Origin: an uncultured Planctomycetaceae bacterium
GTDB lineage: Bacteria; Planctomycetota; Phycisphaerae; SM23-33
NCBI GenBank assembly: GCA_964607575.1
Contig: CAZSLS010000001.1
Location: 45,316-109,315, forward strand
Reading direction: 5' to 3'
DNA length: 64,000 nt
This document shows, in pieces, positions 54,277 through 63,765 of the stretch. The translations under genes were made by a program, and so were the position numbers. Within the stretch, counting starts at the first letter, position 1. The number at the start of each line of letters is the position of its first letter. The notes under the pieces are model-generated. The model ran no database searches and was not told the origin of the DNA. It saw nothing but the letters and a program-made list of their open reading frames with translations.

Positions 54277-56133
54277 ATGAACCGTGAAATGAACGTGAGG
54301 ACGACCGGAAAACTGTTTGGACTGCTGATCCGCCCAACGATGGCGATATGCGCGGTGCTGCTGTTCTGCGTGGTTGCGATGGCTGAAGATACTCCCGCTG
54401 AAGTGTTCAAGAGTATTTACAGCCGGAAGATCTGGCAAGCCAAAGACACCAGCGTCCCGGACGATGATCTCAAACTCGCCAAGGAAATGCTCAAGGATGC
54501 AAGCGCCAATGAGCTGCCCGATGAATTGCGGGTTTTGATGTACAACGCAGTGTACGATCTGGCGGCAAGGTGGCGCGCCGGTCATTCCACTGCATACAGT
54601 GCGATGGATCGCCTGGCCCGGTCCGTACCGGCACAGACGAACCACGCATGGCGGAAACGTCTGGAACTGCTGCTGAAGCGTCTGAGGATGGCAAGAAGCA
54701 CCTCGCAGAAGCAAACTGCCGCCAGGAGCTATGTTGGAGCCTTGAGAGCGGCATCCGATGCGTTTGCCCGATCGGGAACGTACGGAACCGCCAGCCTCTA
54801 CATTCGTAAGGCACTGGCGCTGGCGGTGGAATACCGAATGTCCGGTGTTCCGGAGATACGCCGGAAGATGGCAAGGTGCGCGGCGCTGCTGAAGGTCTCG
54901 CAGAAGCGGGGCGTCATTGAGAAGAAACTCAAAGCCGCCCCCGGCGATATCAAGGTTCGAGAGCAACTTATCTATCTTTACCTGATCGACCTGAACGATC
55001 CGGGCGCCGCGAGCAAAATACTCAACGATGATTGTGACGAGTTGCTGAGAACGTATGTTACGTTGGCGGGTAAACCGCTCGATAAGCTGGAGACGATAGC
55101 GATCAAGGAACTCGGTACGTGGTACGGTCGCCTTGCCGACCGCGCTTCGGTGAGCAGTAAGCCGGCGATGTTAAGACGGGGCGAAGCCTGTTGGGTCCGG
55201 TACCTGGAGGTATATACCAAGAAAGATACGACGCGAATCAAGGCAGGGTTAGCACTGGCGATGGTGCGGCGGGAGTTGAAGAAGCTCGGTGTCGGGCCTT
55301 CGCGGGGCGATGGTGCAAGCTTACCGGTGGCGATTTCGACCGGGTGGCCTTGCAGCACGAGCGATCTGCTGTTTGTCTGGTGGGATGCATCCGCGTCGAA
55401 CGCCGTTCCGCGCGTGGGCAGTTTGCCTGCCCGCGAGTGCAAGCCCGTGGCCAGAGGAGGGGCTCGCATCACAACCAGTGGCGCTATGGAGGTCGGTAAG
55501 GGAGCCTTCGTCGCCGGATCCGCCATAAACGATCGGGTGTTTTCGGTCTGCAAGCGGTCCAATGCTCTTACGGTAGAAGCGATGATCCGCCCGGATGACC
55601 TCAAACAGAAAGGGCCCGCCCGGATCATCTCGTTCTCCCAGGACGGTCAGGATCGCGATTTCACCGTGGGGCAGGAGAAGGACAAACTGGTATTTCGCCT
55701 CAGGACTGTCAGTTCCAAGGATCAGAATAACACGATAGAGTTGTTCGACTTGTCGGCGAGGCAATGGCATCACGTGGTGATAACTTACGCCGTGTCGAAA
55801 GGCAGTTCGTCGAAGAAGTCAGTGGGTATGCTCGATGCGTATCTCAACGGACGCCGAACGTCCCGCAAGATGCTCTCTTCCGGGTTGCTTTCGGGATGGA
55901 AGCCGATGCACTTGATCTTCGGCGATGAATACGCCGCCAGCCGCGACTGGAGCGGACAACTGCAGGGGATCGCAATTTACGGCCGGGCGATTTCGGCATC
56001 CGAAATTGCCGCCAAACACCGGGCCGTCAAGCCAACACTTGACGCTCGAAATCGTCGGGAATCCACGCTCCAAACGCCCGGGGGCGAGGGGCGCCGTGAC
56101 CGACGGCGGAAAGAAAAACAAAAGGATCGATGA
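54277..56133 (+). CDS. Secreted protein with helical N-terminal region and C-terminal LamG (concanavalin-A-like lectin) domain
   Basis: Signal segment. C-terminal LTVEAMIRPD...WHHVVITY...LDAYLNGRR...GQLQGIAIYGRAISASEI fits the Laminin_G_3 pattern. Basic tail. Alternative GTG at 54265. Confidence 0.7.
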   Translation: MNREMNVRTTGKLFGLLIRPTMAICAVLLFCVVAMAEDTPAEVFKSIYSRKIWQAKDTSVPDDDLKLAKEMLKDASANELPDELRVLMYNAVYDLAARWRAGHSTAYSAMDRLARSVPAQTNHAWRKRLELLLKRLRMARSTSQKQTAARSYVGALRAASDAFARSGTYGTASLYIRKALALAVEYRMSGVPEIRRKMARCAALLKVSQKRGVIEKKLKAAPGDIKVREQLIYLYLIDLNDPGAASKILNDDCDELLRTYVTLAGKPLDKLETIAIKELGTWYGRLADRASVSSKPAMLRRGEACWVRYLEVYTKKDTTRIKAGLALAMVRRELKKLGVGPSRGDGASLPVAISTGWPCSTSDLLFVWWDASASNAVPRVGSLPARECKPVARGGARITTSGAMEVGKGAFVAGSAINDRVFSVCKRSNALTVEAMIRPDDLKQKGPARIISFSQDGQDRDFTVGQEKDKLVFRLRTVSSKDQNNTIELFDLSARQWHHVVITYAVSKGSSSKKSVGMLDAYLNGRRTSRKMLSSGLLSGWKPMHLIFGDEYAASRDWSGQLQGIAIYGRAISASEIAAKHRAVKPTLDARNRRESTLQTPGGEGRRDRRRKEKQKDR

Positions 56134-56331
56134 CCGTTTTGACCGAAAAGGGGGTTTCGCATGGCGCCGAGGTGTTTTTTGATGGTATGCGCCGGTGCCT
56201 GCCGATAGAATACAGGTACAGGATATTGCAGATCGTGAAACATTTTATGCTATGGGAAGTTCATTTACTGTTCGGTTTCGAGTTAACGCTCGCCCCACGC
56301 ACCTGCCGGTCGAGTAAGGAAGGGTTTTGAC

Positions 56332-56775
56332 ATGTGTCCTATGATAATGCCGACGAGTACGCAAGCATCTCACGATGAGTCTGGCCAGATCTTCAAACCG
56401 GCTCACGGACCAGTGAGCAAGTGGGGCGATAAGGTAATGGGGGGCAGCTACCATCACTACTGTTCGGAGCAGAGCTGGTCGCCTGCAATGAACGTCTACG
56501 AAAGCTCCCGGGGGTATACGTTAGTGGTAGACCTTGCCGGACTCCACGGCGAGGATATTGAACTCGAGGCCGAAGAGGGCGTCCTGCGCCTCAGCGGTAT
56601 GCGAGATATGCCCGGTCCCAAGGAAGACCCCGATACCGTGAAAATACGCCTCATGGAAATAGATTGCGGATGGTTTCACCGGGCAATCGAACTGCCCGAC
56701 GATGCCGACGATTGCAGTATCAATGCGACGTATCGTGGTGGTTTCCTGTGGATCGTGATACCCAGGAAGTCGTAA
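56332..56775 (+). CDS. Hsp20/alpha-crystallin family small heat-shock protein
   Basis: PAMNVYESSRGYTLVVDLAGLHGEDIELEAEEGVLRLSGMR ... ATYRGGFLWIVIPRK. Confidence 0.85.
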   Translation: MCPMIMPTSTQASHDESGQIFKPAHGPVSKWGDKVMGGSYHHYCSEQSWSPAMNVYESSRGYTLVVDLAGLHGEDIELEAEEGVLRLSGMRDMPGPKEDPDTVKIRLMEIDCGWFHRAIELPDDADDCSINATYRGGFLWIVIPRKS

Positions 56776-56867
56776 TCGCACCGATCGACATTGGGTGGTG
56801 CGGGCGACAAAACGCCAAGACCTGACTAACACTCTTTCAGGCTGATCAGCAAAGGTATTATGGGGCT

Positions 56868-59375
56868 ATGGCTCGAAAACAGAAACCAGGCGACAAACCG
56901 ACGCTCAGCAAGATAGTCACCGATGACGAGCCCGAGATCATTCTCGAACCAAGTATTCTCGGGAGGGGTGAAGCCAGGCAGGCTGCAGCACCCGACATTC
57001 CGTCTGAAGCGGCCGTTCTGACCGTTCGCAATATGGTGCTCTTCCCCGGGACCGTGATCCCGCTTGCGGTCGGTCGGGCCAAGTCCCTCAGCCTGATAGA
57101 AAATGTGCTGCCCGAACAGAAGGTTCTCGTAACCGTCTGCCAGAAGAATCCCGACCAGGACGACCCGGGCCCCGATGACCTTTACCAGGTCGGAACGGCG
57201 GTCTTGGTGGTGAAGTTGCTGCGGGTGGACCGCGACACCCTCAGTGCCATCGTACATGCGATGGGGCGAGTGAGAATCGACCGCTGGACACAGAGCGAAC
57301 CGTTCTTCAAGGCCAAGATCACCCCGCTGAAGGACGTGTTCGCCCCGACGACCAAGACCAAGGCCCTGGAAGTGAACGCTCGCAGCCTGGCCACCAGGGT
57401 CATCGAGCTGTCGCCCAGTATTCCAGACGAGGCCACACTGGTCGTCTCAAATATCGAGTATCCAGGCGCGCTGGCCGATTTCCTGGGCGCCAATCTCCAA
57501 CTGGACCTGAGCTTCAGGCAGCAGTTGCTCGAACAACTCAATGTCGCCAATCGCCTCGGGGAGGTTGGCGCCGCGATGCAGAAGCAGCTCGAGGTACTCG
57601 AACTCTCGCAGGAAATCCAAAATCGTGTCAGGGACAATATCGACCAGAGCCAGAGACAGTACTTTCTCCAACAGCAGCTCAAGGAAATACAGAAAGAACT
57701 GGGACAGACCGACGACCAGGCCGTCGAAATAGAGGAACTCCGAGAGAAAATTGAGGCTGCGGGCATGCCGGCGCCCGTCAAGACCGAGGCCGTCCGGGAA
57801 CTCGACCGCCTCGAGCGAATCCCGTCGGCCAGTCCCGAATACAATATGATACGGACCTACCTGGAGTGGATGGCGGAGCTGCCCTGGTCCAGGTGTACCG
57901 AAGACGACCTGAACGTCAATCGCGCCAGGCGGATACTTAACAAGGACCATTACGACCTCGATAAGGTCAAGCGGCGAATCCTGGAGTACCTCGCCGTTCG
58001 CAAGCTCGCACCAGACTCGCGCGGACCGATTCTCTGCTTCGCCGGACCGCCGGGAGTAGGCAAAACATCGCTCGGGCGGTCCATCGCAAGGGCGCTGGGC
58101 AGGAAGTTCATCAGGATGAGCCTCGGCGGAATGCGCGATGAAGCCGAACTCAGAGGGCATAGGAGAACGTACATTGGGGCGATGCCCGGGCGGATCATAC
58201 AGGAGATCAGAAAAGCGGGCACGTGTAACCCAGTTTTCATGCTCGATGAACTCGACAAGGTGGGCATGGACTTCCGCGGCGACCCGACCGCAGCCCTCCT
58301 CGAGGTGCTCGATCCCGCGCAGAACAACTCCTTCCAGGATCACTACCTCAACGTACCGTTCGACCTGTCAAACGTGATGTTCATCGCGACCGCCAACTAC
58401 ATGTCACCCGTACCGCCGGCGCTGAGGGATCGCATGGAGACCATTGAGCTACCGGGCTACACTCCTCGCGAAAAAATGCACATTGCCAGCAAGTACCTCG
58501 TCCCAAGACAACTCGACGAGAACGGGCTCGTGAAGAAGACTCCCGCAAAGTCCGTCAAGGGGCGCCGCAAGCGCGCCAGGACCATCAATCTTGTCAATTG
58601 GACACCTCCCGCGCTGCGAACGGTCATCCGTAGCTATACCCGCGAGGCCGGCGTTAGAGAACTCGAACGCCAGATCGGTTCGGTATGCCGCGCCATAGCC
58701 GCAAAGGTGGCTTCGGGAAAAGCTCCCGACAACAAGGCCACAAAGATCTCCGCCGCGATTGTCAGCGATATCCTCGGACCGCCGATCTACATAAGCGAGG
58801 TGGCGCTGCGGGCTTCGTCTGCAAATGTTCCGGGTGTGGTGACGGCATTGGCGTACACGCCGGTCGGAGGGGACATCCTTTTCATCGAGGCCGCCGGGTA
58901 CAAAACGACATCCGGGGACGGTAAACTTACTCTGACCGGGCATATCGGCGATGTCATGAAGGAGTCGGCGATCGCGGCTTTGACGGTCATCAAGAGCAAT
59001 GCCGACAAGCTCTCCCTGGACCCCGCGAGAATATCTCGAACTGCCATTCACGTGCATGTGCCCGCGGGCGCCGTGCCGAAAGACGGACCGTCGGCAGGTG
59101 CGGCTATTTGCACCGCCATGGTCAGCATGCTCACCGGAAGGCCTGTCCACTACAGGTTGGCGATGACCGGTGAGATCACGCTCCGAGGTCTGATCCTTCC
59201 GATAGGCGGAGTCAAGCAGAAGGTGCTGGCCGCAAAGCTCGCGGGGATCAAGACCGTTATCCTTCCGGAGCGTAATCGTAAGGACATGGTCGATGTCCCG
59301 TCCGAGGCCCGCAAGGGGATAAAATTCGAATTTGTCGATACTATCGACCAGGTCCTGAAGCTGGCCCTGCGGTAG
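56868..59375 (+). CDS. lon: ATP-dependent Lon protease (LonA)
   Basis: LON N-domain, Walker A GPPGVGKTS, Walker B FMLDELDK, protease Ser in PKDGPSAG and Lys in GGVKQKVLAA. Confidence 0.95.
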   Translation: MARKQKPGDKPTLSKIVTDDEPEIILEPSILGRGEARQAAAPDIPSEAAVLTVRNMVLFPGTVIPLAVGRAKSLSLIENVLPEQKVLVTVCQKNPDQDDPGPDDLYQVGTAVLVVKLLRVDRDTLSAIVHAMGRVRIDRWTQSEPFFKAKITPLKDVFAPTTKTKALEVNARSLATRVIELSPSIPDEATLVVSNIEYPGALADFLGANLQLDLSFRQQLLEQLNVANRLGEVGAAMQKQLEVLELSQEIQNRVRDNIDQSQRQYFLQQQLKEIQKELGQTDDQAVEIEELREKIEAAGMPAPVKTEAVRELDRLERIPSASPEYNMIRTYLEWMAELPWSRCTEDDLNVNRARRILNKDHYDLDKVKRRILEYLAVRKLAPDSRGPILCFAGPPGVGKTSLGRSIARALGRKFIRMSLGGMRDEAELRGHRRTYIGAMPGRIIQEIRKAGTCNPVFMLDELDKVGMDFRGDPTAALLEVLDPAQNNSFQDHYLNVPFDLSNVMFIATANYMSPVPPALRDRMETIELPGYTPREKMHIASKYLVPRQLDENGLVKKTPAKSVKGRRKRARTINLVNWTPPALRTVIRSYTREAGVRELERQIGSVCRAIAAKVASGKAPDNKATKISAAIVSDILGPPIYISEVALRASSANVPGVVTALAYTPVGGDILFIEAAGYKTTSGDGKLTLTGHIGDVMKESAIAALTVIKSNADKLSLDPARISRTAIHVHVPAGAVPKDGPSAGAAICTAMVSMLTGRPVHYRLAMTGEITLRGLILPIGGVKQKVLAAKLAGIKTVILPERNRKDMVDVPSEARKGIKFEFVDTIDQVLKLALR

Positions 59376-59432
59376 GACGGGGGAGGCTGCGGTCGCTATT
59401 GGTGAAGGTGGAAATTTTTTTATGAAGTAAGA

Positions 59433-59462
59433 TTGATACTGGTATTGATTATAGCGTATAAT
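59433..59462 (+). promoter_or_regulatory. Near-consensus sigma70-type promoter in an AT-rich patch downstream of lon
   Basis: TTGATA (59433-59438), 18-nt spacer, TATAAT (59457-59462). Confidence 0.45.
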
Positions 59463-59467
59463 ACGCA

Positions 59468-59631
59468 GGTGGAGTCGAATCGCTCTTTCGTTTGCTGCGA
59501 AATGTCTCCACCAGGACTCGTCCGGAACATGGGCGACAGGCAATCAGTGATGCGTCTCCCCCCGCGCATTGCGCCGTCTGTCGCCCACTTTATTGCGCTG
59601 AGCCCGGGGATATCCGGGTTAGAGGCTCAGC
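59468..59631 (+). ncRNA. Candidate small structured RNA (three consecutive stem-loops), unclassified
   Basis: Stem-loop 1: GGTGGAG (59468-74) pairs with CTCCACC (59506-12), with nested TTTCG/CGAAA. Stem-loop 2: GGGCGACAG-GCAAT (59531-45) pairs with ATTGC...CTGTCGCCC (to 59586). Stem-loop 3: GCTGAGCC (59597-604) pairs with GGCTCAGC (59624-31), with nested CCCGG/CCGGG. It starts about 6 nt after the -10 box. No convincing ORF on this strand. Confidence 0.3.
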
Positions 59632-60001
59632 ATCGACAAAATTCGCAAGCCTCCGGTTGGACACTTCACATTGCGCACAAGGCATCGAGGCAGGCGAAGA
59701 CCTTGGTTTCCAGTTCATCCGTACAGGGCAGATTATCAAGGTTTCCCGGTGCGATACTCGTCAGCAACGGGATGACCCGCCCGAGTTGCTCGTCGGACAT
59801 ATGCAGCAAGCAACTGAGGCACATTTTCATGAGCATCGTTCTTGTGGAAGTCACGTGAGTTCTCCCCGCTACGACGTTACGCACCGGCGCCGTCCCTTGT
59901 TTTGAGTTTACGATACGCACTGTCCCGCTGCGCCTAAAAAGTCGAGGCTCGGGCCAAAGACCTTGCCCGGAGAGAGTGTTCGTGGTATGTTTGCACCCCA
60001 A

Positions 60002-60748
60002 ATGGCCGTCACAGCGAACAGAATTGCGAAGAACCTCGATCGGATCCGCCAGGAGATATCCGACGCGGCCGCGCGAGCGGGGCGGTCGCCCGACGGCGTG
60101 GAGATAGTCGCCGTCACCAAGAGCGTGGATGTCGCTACGATCAAGAACTGCCTGAAAACCGGTCTGACTAACCTCGGCGAATCTCGCGCCCCGCAGTTGG
60201 CGGAGCGTTTCGTACAGGTCGACGAATATCTCCATCAGCGGCACGATCCGCTGCAGACTGAGGTGAGGTGGCATATGGTGGGGCACCTCCAGCGTAACAA
60301 GGTCAAGCAGGTGCTGACGGGCGCCGATGTCATTCATTCGGTGGACTCGCTCCGCCTGGCCGAGGAAATCTCAACCCGCGCCGAATCCGACGAGCGGGTC
60401 GTGGACATAATGCTGCAGGTCAATTGCACCCAGGAGACCCAGAAGTCCGGGTGCGCCGTGGGCGCCGCGACGCATCTCGGCGAGATGATATGCTCGATGA
60501 GATCGGTGCGGTTGACGGGCCTTATGACGATGGGACCGACCTCCGGCGACGCCGAACACACCCGCCGCGCTTTCATCCGCCTCAGGGAGGTATTCGAGGA
60601 GATGAAGCACGAGAAGATCGGCGGAGACGGTTTCAGGCACCTGTCAATGGGGATGAGCGGCGACTACGCGATCGCCGTCGAAGAAGGCGCCACGATCGTT
60701 CGGATCGGTACGGCGCTGTTCGGTCCGGACTCGCCGGCGGTCAACTGA
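60002..60748 (+). CDS. yggS: YggS-family pyridoxal-phosphate homeostasis protein
   Basis: VEIVAVTKS (PLP lysine), GHLQRNKV, LSMGMSGDY, VRIGTALFG. Start at ATG 60002 (alternatives 59963 and 59987). Confidence 0.85.
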   Translation: MAVTANRIAKNLDRIRQEISDAAARAGRSPDGVEIVAVTKSVDVATIKNCLKTGLTNLGESRAPQLAERFVQVDEYLHQRHDPLQTEVRWHMVGHLQRNKVKQVLTGADVIHSVDSLRLAEEISTRAESDERVVDIMLQVNCTQETQKSGCAVGAATHLGEMICSMRSVRLTGLMTMGPTSGDAEHTRRAFIRLREVFEEMKHEKIGGDGFRHLSMGMSGDYAIAVEEGATIVRIGTALFGPDSPAVN

Positions 60749-61259
60749 GCGCGTCGATAATCGCCTTCATGAACGCGGGCAGATCGTCAGGTTTGCGGGC
60801 CGTTATCAACTTCCCGTCAACCACGCACTCCTGGTCGATCCACTCGGCGCCGGCGTTTATCACGTCGTGCCTGATCGCCATGAAGCTCGTGGCCCGCCTG
60901 CCCCTCAGCGCGTCGGTGGAGCAGAGCATCCAGGGTCCGTGGCATATTGCGGCCAGCACGATATCCGCCTCGACGCACTGGTGGATGAAGCCTACCATCG
61001 ACTCGTCGCGGCGCATGAAGTCCGGGCACCATCCGCCGGGGACCACCACCGCATCGAAATCCTCGCCCCGCACTTCAGACGCCGCCACGTCCGAAACGCA
61101 CGGATACCCCAGCTTCGAGGAGTATTCCCGGCCCGCTTGGGCGGCGACGCAGGAGACCTTCGCACCGGCCTCGACCAGGCGGTACAGTGGATACCAGACC
61201 TCGAGTTCCTGGTACTTCTGATCGAGCATTATCGCGACGTGTTTGCCTTCAAGTGACAT
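60741..61259 (-). CDS. DJ-1/PfpI family protein (type 1 glutamine amidotransferase-like)
   Basis: Nucleophile elbow AAICHGPWML, VVVPGG block. Start at ATG 61259 (MSLEGKHVAIML). Confidence 0.85.
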   Translation of the reverse strand: MSLEGKHVAIMLDQKYQELEVWYPLYRLVEAGAKVSCVAAQAGREYSSKLGYPCVSDVAASEVRGEDFDAVVVPGGWCPDFMRRDESMVGFIHQCVEADIVLAAICHGPWMLCSTDALRGRRATSFMAIRHDVINAGAEWIDQECVVDGKLITARKPDDLPAFMKAIIDALS

Positions 61260-61290
61260 CTTGAGTTCCTTTACTGTGCGTTGAAACATT

Positions 61291-61581
61291 CTATCGCTTC
61301 TTCCTGGATATTACTATGGGGCGATCATCGAGGCCGTCCAGGACCTCGATGAAACGCGGTCGTCGGCGGTATTCAGCACGCAGGCTGTCGACGAAGCTTT
61401 GCCATTTGTCGCCTTGTCCGAGGGCTTTGTGGATAGGTCTCGTCTTGCGAAGACAATCGCCGATCTTTGCATAGTTGTTCTGGTTAGCGTGAGACAGGAG
61501 GGCGTCAATTGTCTGGCGGTGAATGTTCAGTGCCCGCCTGGAAAAAGAAAAGGGCCTGACCTGCTCTGTAGAAAAGCTCAA
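61291..61581 (-). CDS. Small hypothetical protein, possibly a C-terminal remnant of a larger gene
   Basis: 96 aa. The ending ...WQSFVDSLRAEYRRRPRFIEVLDGL resembles the C-terminal helices of larger (SWIM-associated / DUF6880-like) proteins. Lower G+C. Confidence 0.4.
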   Translation of the reverse strand: MSFSTEQVRPFSFSRRALNIHRQTIDALLSHANQNNYAKIGDCLRKTRPIHKALGQGDKWQSFVDSLRAEYRRRPRFIEVLDGLDDRPIVISRKKR

Positions 61582-61646
61582 TATTCTCCAATATTTTGTT
61601 CAATAAAGACTTGCGCGATTGGACTTCGTCGGGTAGACAATGGAGA

Positions 61647-61785
61647 ATGAGTACTACCAGCAAGTCGCCACGGAAGGTCGCGCTGGTCGCATTGGCGGTC
61701 GCCGAACAAACCCTGCCGCCTTACAGCCATCGGTTCAGCCCGAAGACATTCACCCAACCTCAACTGTTCGCCTGCCCGGCGATCA
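61647..61785 (+). pseudogene. N-terminal fragment of an IS5/IS4-type DDE transposase gene
   Basis: MSTTSKSPRKVALVALAVAEQTLPPYSHRFSPKTFTQPQLFAC matches the typical N-terminus (..YShkfSpkkFTqpQL..). The similarity stops after about 45 codons, and no DDE domain follows. Confidence 0.5.
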
Positions 61786-61845
61786 CACACAATATAATGA
61801 TCATCATGCCTGTGGAGCTTTTCTACAGAGCAGTTCTGATCCCTT

Positions 61846-61921
61846 TTGCTTCGAGATCCTTATTGTAATCATCATTCTCGGAGTACTGGCCGCGATAGTC
61901 GAACCCCAAATGGCCTACTGA
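61846..61921 (+). pseudogene. Fragment of a prepilin-type N-terminal (type IV pilin / pseudopilin-like) segment
   Basis: ...FEILIVIIILGVLAAIVEPQMAY followed by a stop. It resembles F-T-L-I-E-L-x-V-V-I-A-I-I-G-I-L-A-A-I-x-x-P but has no start, no G-1 cleavage context and no globular domain. Confidence 0.35.
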
Positions 61922-62050
61922 CCACGGCTTTCTCTACTCTCGGGGGGTAGGTCCGGATATACTCGTCGGCAGATGCTTCGTCCCGGGCGACAGGTCTGCG
62001 AAGATCGGCTCGGGGAACTCGCAATGGTATGTACGACAGGGAGAATTGCT

Positions 62051-62731
62051 ATGGCAGATGACTTGACGAGACGAGTGTTCCTTGGATCGGCGGGGGTCGC
62101 TCTCGCGGCGACCGCGGCGGCCGCAGCGCCGGCGGGTGAGGGCGGCAAGAAGCCTGGGGCTACCAAAATTATTGCCATCGCGTGCAGTCCCAGGAAGGGC
62201 AAGGGTACCGCCGCCTCGCTCGAGGAATGCCTCAAGGGCGCCAAAACCGCCGGCGACGGTATCGAGACCGAACTGATCGATCTTGCCGGTCTGGATATCG
62301 AGGGCTCTGTTGCAGCCGGTGTGCCTCTGGCGAAGGGTCGGAAAGACGATTTTCCCGCGGTCGCCAAGAAACTCTCAGATCCGAAAGTGGGTGGGATCAT
62401 CATCGGCACGCCGGTCTATTTCAGCAGCATGAGTTCCCTGTGCAAGGCGTTCATCGAAAGAATGATGGTCTTCTATCGCAAGGATGTGCTTACCGGTATG
62501 CCCGTTGGCGTACTGGCTATCGGCGGGTCGCGAAACGGCGGGCAGGAAGTGACTATCCGATCCGTGCAGGATTCTCTGTTCTGCTACGACATGGTCGTCG
62601 TGGGGACGGGACGGCGATTTGGTGCGGCCGTATGGGCCAAAGGTGGCGCCGCCAACGACAAAGAAGGAATGAAAGCCGCAAACAACCTCGGTCGCCGAGT
62701 CGCCGAGACCGCCCTTGCCCTGAAGGGTTGA
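62051..62731 (+). CDS. Tat-signal flavodoxin-fold protein (NADPH-dependent FMN reductase / iron-sulfur flavoprotein-like)
   Basis: MADDLTRRVFLGSAGVALAATAAAAAP twin-arginine signal. KIIAIACSPRKGKGT, IIIGTPVYFSSMSSLCKAFIERM and GGSRNGGQE blocks of the FMN_red family. Confidence 0.75.
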   Translation: MADDLTRRVFLGSAGVALAATAAAAAPAGEGGKKPGATKIIAIACSPRKGKGTAASLEECLKGAKTAGDGIETELIDLAGLDIEGSVAAGVPLAKGRKDDFPAVAKKLSDPKVGGIIIGTPVYFSSMSSLCKAFIERMMVFYRKDVLTGMPVGVLAIGGSRNGGQEVTIRSVQDSLFCYDMVVVGTGRRFGAAVWAKGGAANDKEGMKAANNLGRRVAETALALKG

Positions 62732-62777
62732 GACGAAGGGGCGCGTAAGTGTGTTCGCCGGTGGCGAGGGTCTTGGG

Positions 62778-63680
62778 TTACTTGCGGCCTCTGCGCCTGC
62801 GTAGCAAGGCCAAACCGCCCAACGCCAGGAAAGACATCGTGGCGGGTTCGGGTACTGTTCCGAAATGGCTGTTGTGGTCCAGGACGGCCCATACTGTATC
62901 CGAGTCGATATCAACGCCAAAGCTGCCGAGATAGTTGCTCAGGGTGGCCTCGCCTATATGGTGGTCCGCGGCAAACGTGGCGTACGAACCCTTGTAGTTG
63001 GCAACGGCGCTGCCTCCGGTGGTGGAATTGCCTTCGACCGCGTTGACCCACTCGTCGTAGCCCGCAAGAGCGCCCACGTAGTCGGTATCTATAGCAAACC
63101 AGCCCAGGTATATCTTGTCCAAACGGGCGAGACCTTCTTCCAGAGTCTCTTCGGGAAGCCTTGGCCAGGGATCAGGCGTTTCATGCCACCTTAGCGTACC
63201 TTCGTCATAGTTCGTCTCGAGTACATAAGTTCCGACAACACCATTGATGTCCACAATATCGCTGACCATGTTATACCCGTCCCACGCCAATGCAATTCCA
63301 GGGTCGCCGGGATTGATACCGTCGCGAATGTGCTGGCGCCCGTCCGGCGCCAGACCGAAACTCTGCCCGTCAATTTCGATATCCGTACGGGTGCGCCAAG
63401 CCATCGATACGGTCACCGCAGCTCCCGATGTGTTCATGCCGGCCTTGAGGGAAGCCGTCGAGCCCAAATAGGCGCCGGGGATATCGATGCCCGTTACGGT
63501 TGATGAGACAGTGTTGTACAATCCGTTATTGGCGATGTTAAACGTGTCGGGCGTTCCAAAGGTATACTGGTCCGTACCGCCGCTGTTGTGGGCGATCGCC
63601 CCGGAGGCCGATGTCGCAGACAGCACGAGGGCGCAGAACGACAGCGCAATGATAAACAGGGAGTGTTCAGGTGACTTCAT
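62778..63680 (-). CDS. PEP-CTERM sorting-domain secreted protein
   Basis: Signal peptide. C-terminal VPEPATMSFLALGGLALLRRRRGRK. Confidence 0.85.
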   Translation of the reverse strand: MKSPEHSLFIIALSFCALVLSATSASGAIAHNSGGTDQYTFGTPDTFNIANNGLYNTVSSTVTGIDIPGAYLGSTASLKAGMNTSGAAVTVSMAWRTRTDIEIDGQSFGLAPDGRQHIRDGINPGDPGIALAWDGYNMVSDIVDINGVVGTYVLETNYDEGTLRWHETPDPWPRLPEETLEEGLARLDKIYLGWFAIDTDYVGALAGYDEWVNAVEGNSTTGGSAVANYKGSYATFAADHHIGEATLSNYLGSFGVDIDSDTVWAVLDHNSHFGTVPEPATMSFLALGGLALLRRRRGRK

Positions 63681-63707
63681 GATGTTCTTCCTCTTATTAA
63701 AGTTTGT

Positions 63708-63765
63708 ACAGGCTCAATATCTTCAACGTCGACAGGCTCAGTATCTTCGTTGAAAGGCTCGAATG
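63708..63765. repeat. Direct repeats (17 bp x2 plus a partial third) just upstream of the PEP-CTERM gene
   Basis: acaggctcaatatcttc (63708-24) and acaggctcagtatcttc (63732-48), 24-bp period, then aaaggctcgaatg. Lies in an AT-rich region 28-85 bp upstream of the ATG at 63680. Confidence 0.7.

Noticed and set aside
56134-56331. Heat-shock (sigma32-type or ROSE/CIRCE-type) control element upstream of hsp20, and likewise upstream of lon.
   Set aside because: Only a weak CCCCAC -10-like element is present, without a convincing CTTGAAA -35. No CIRCE inverted repeat and no ROSE-like hairpin masking the SD could be identified by eye.
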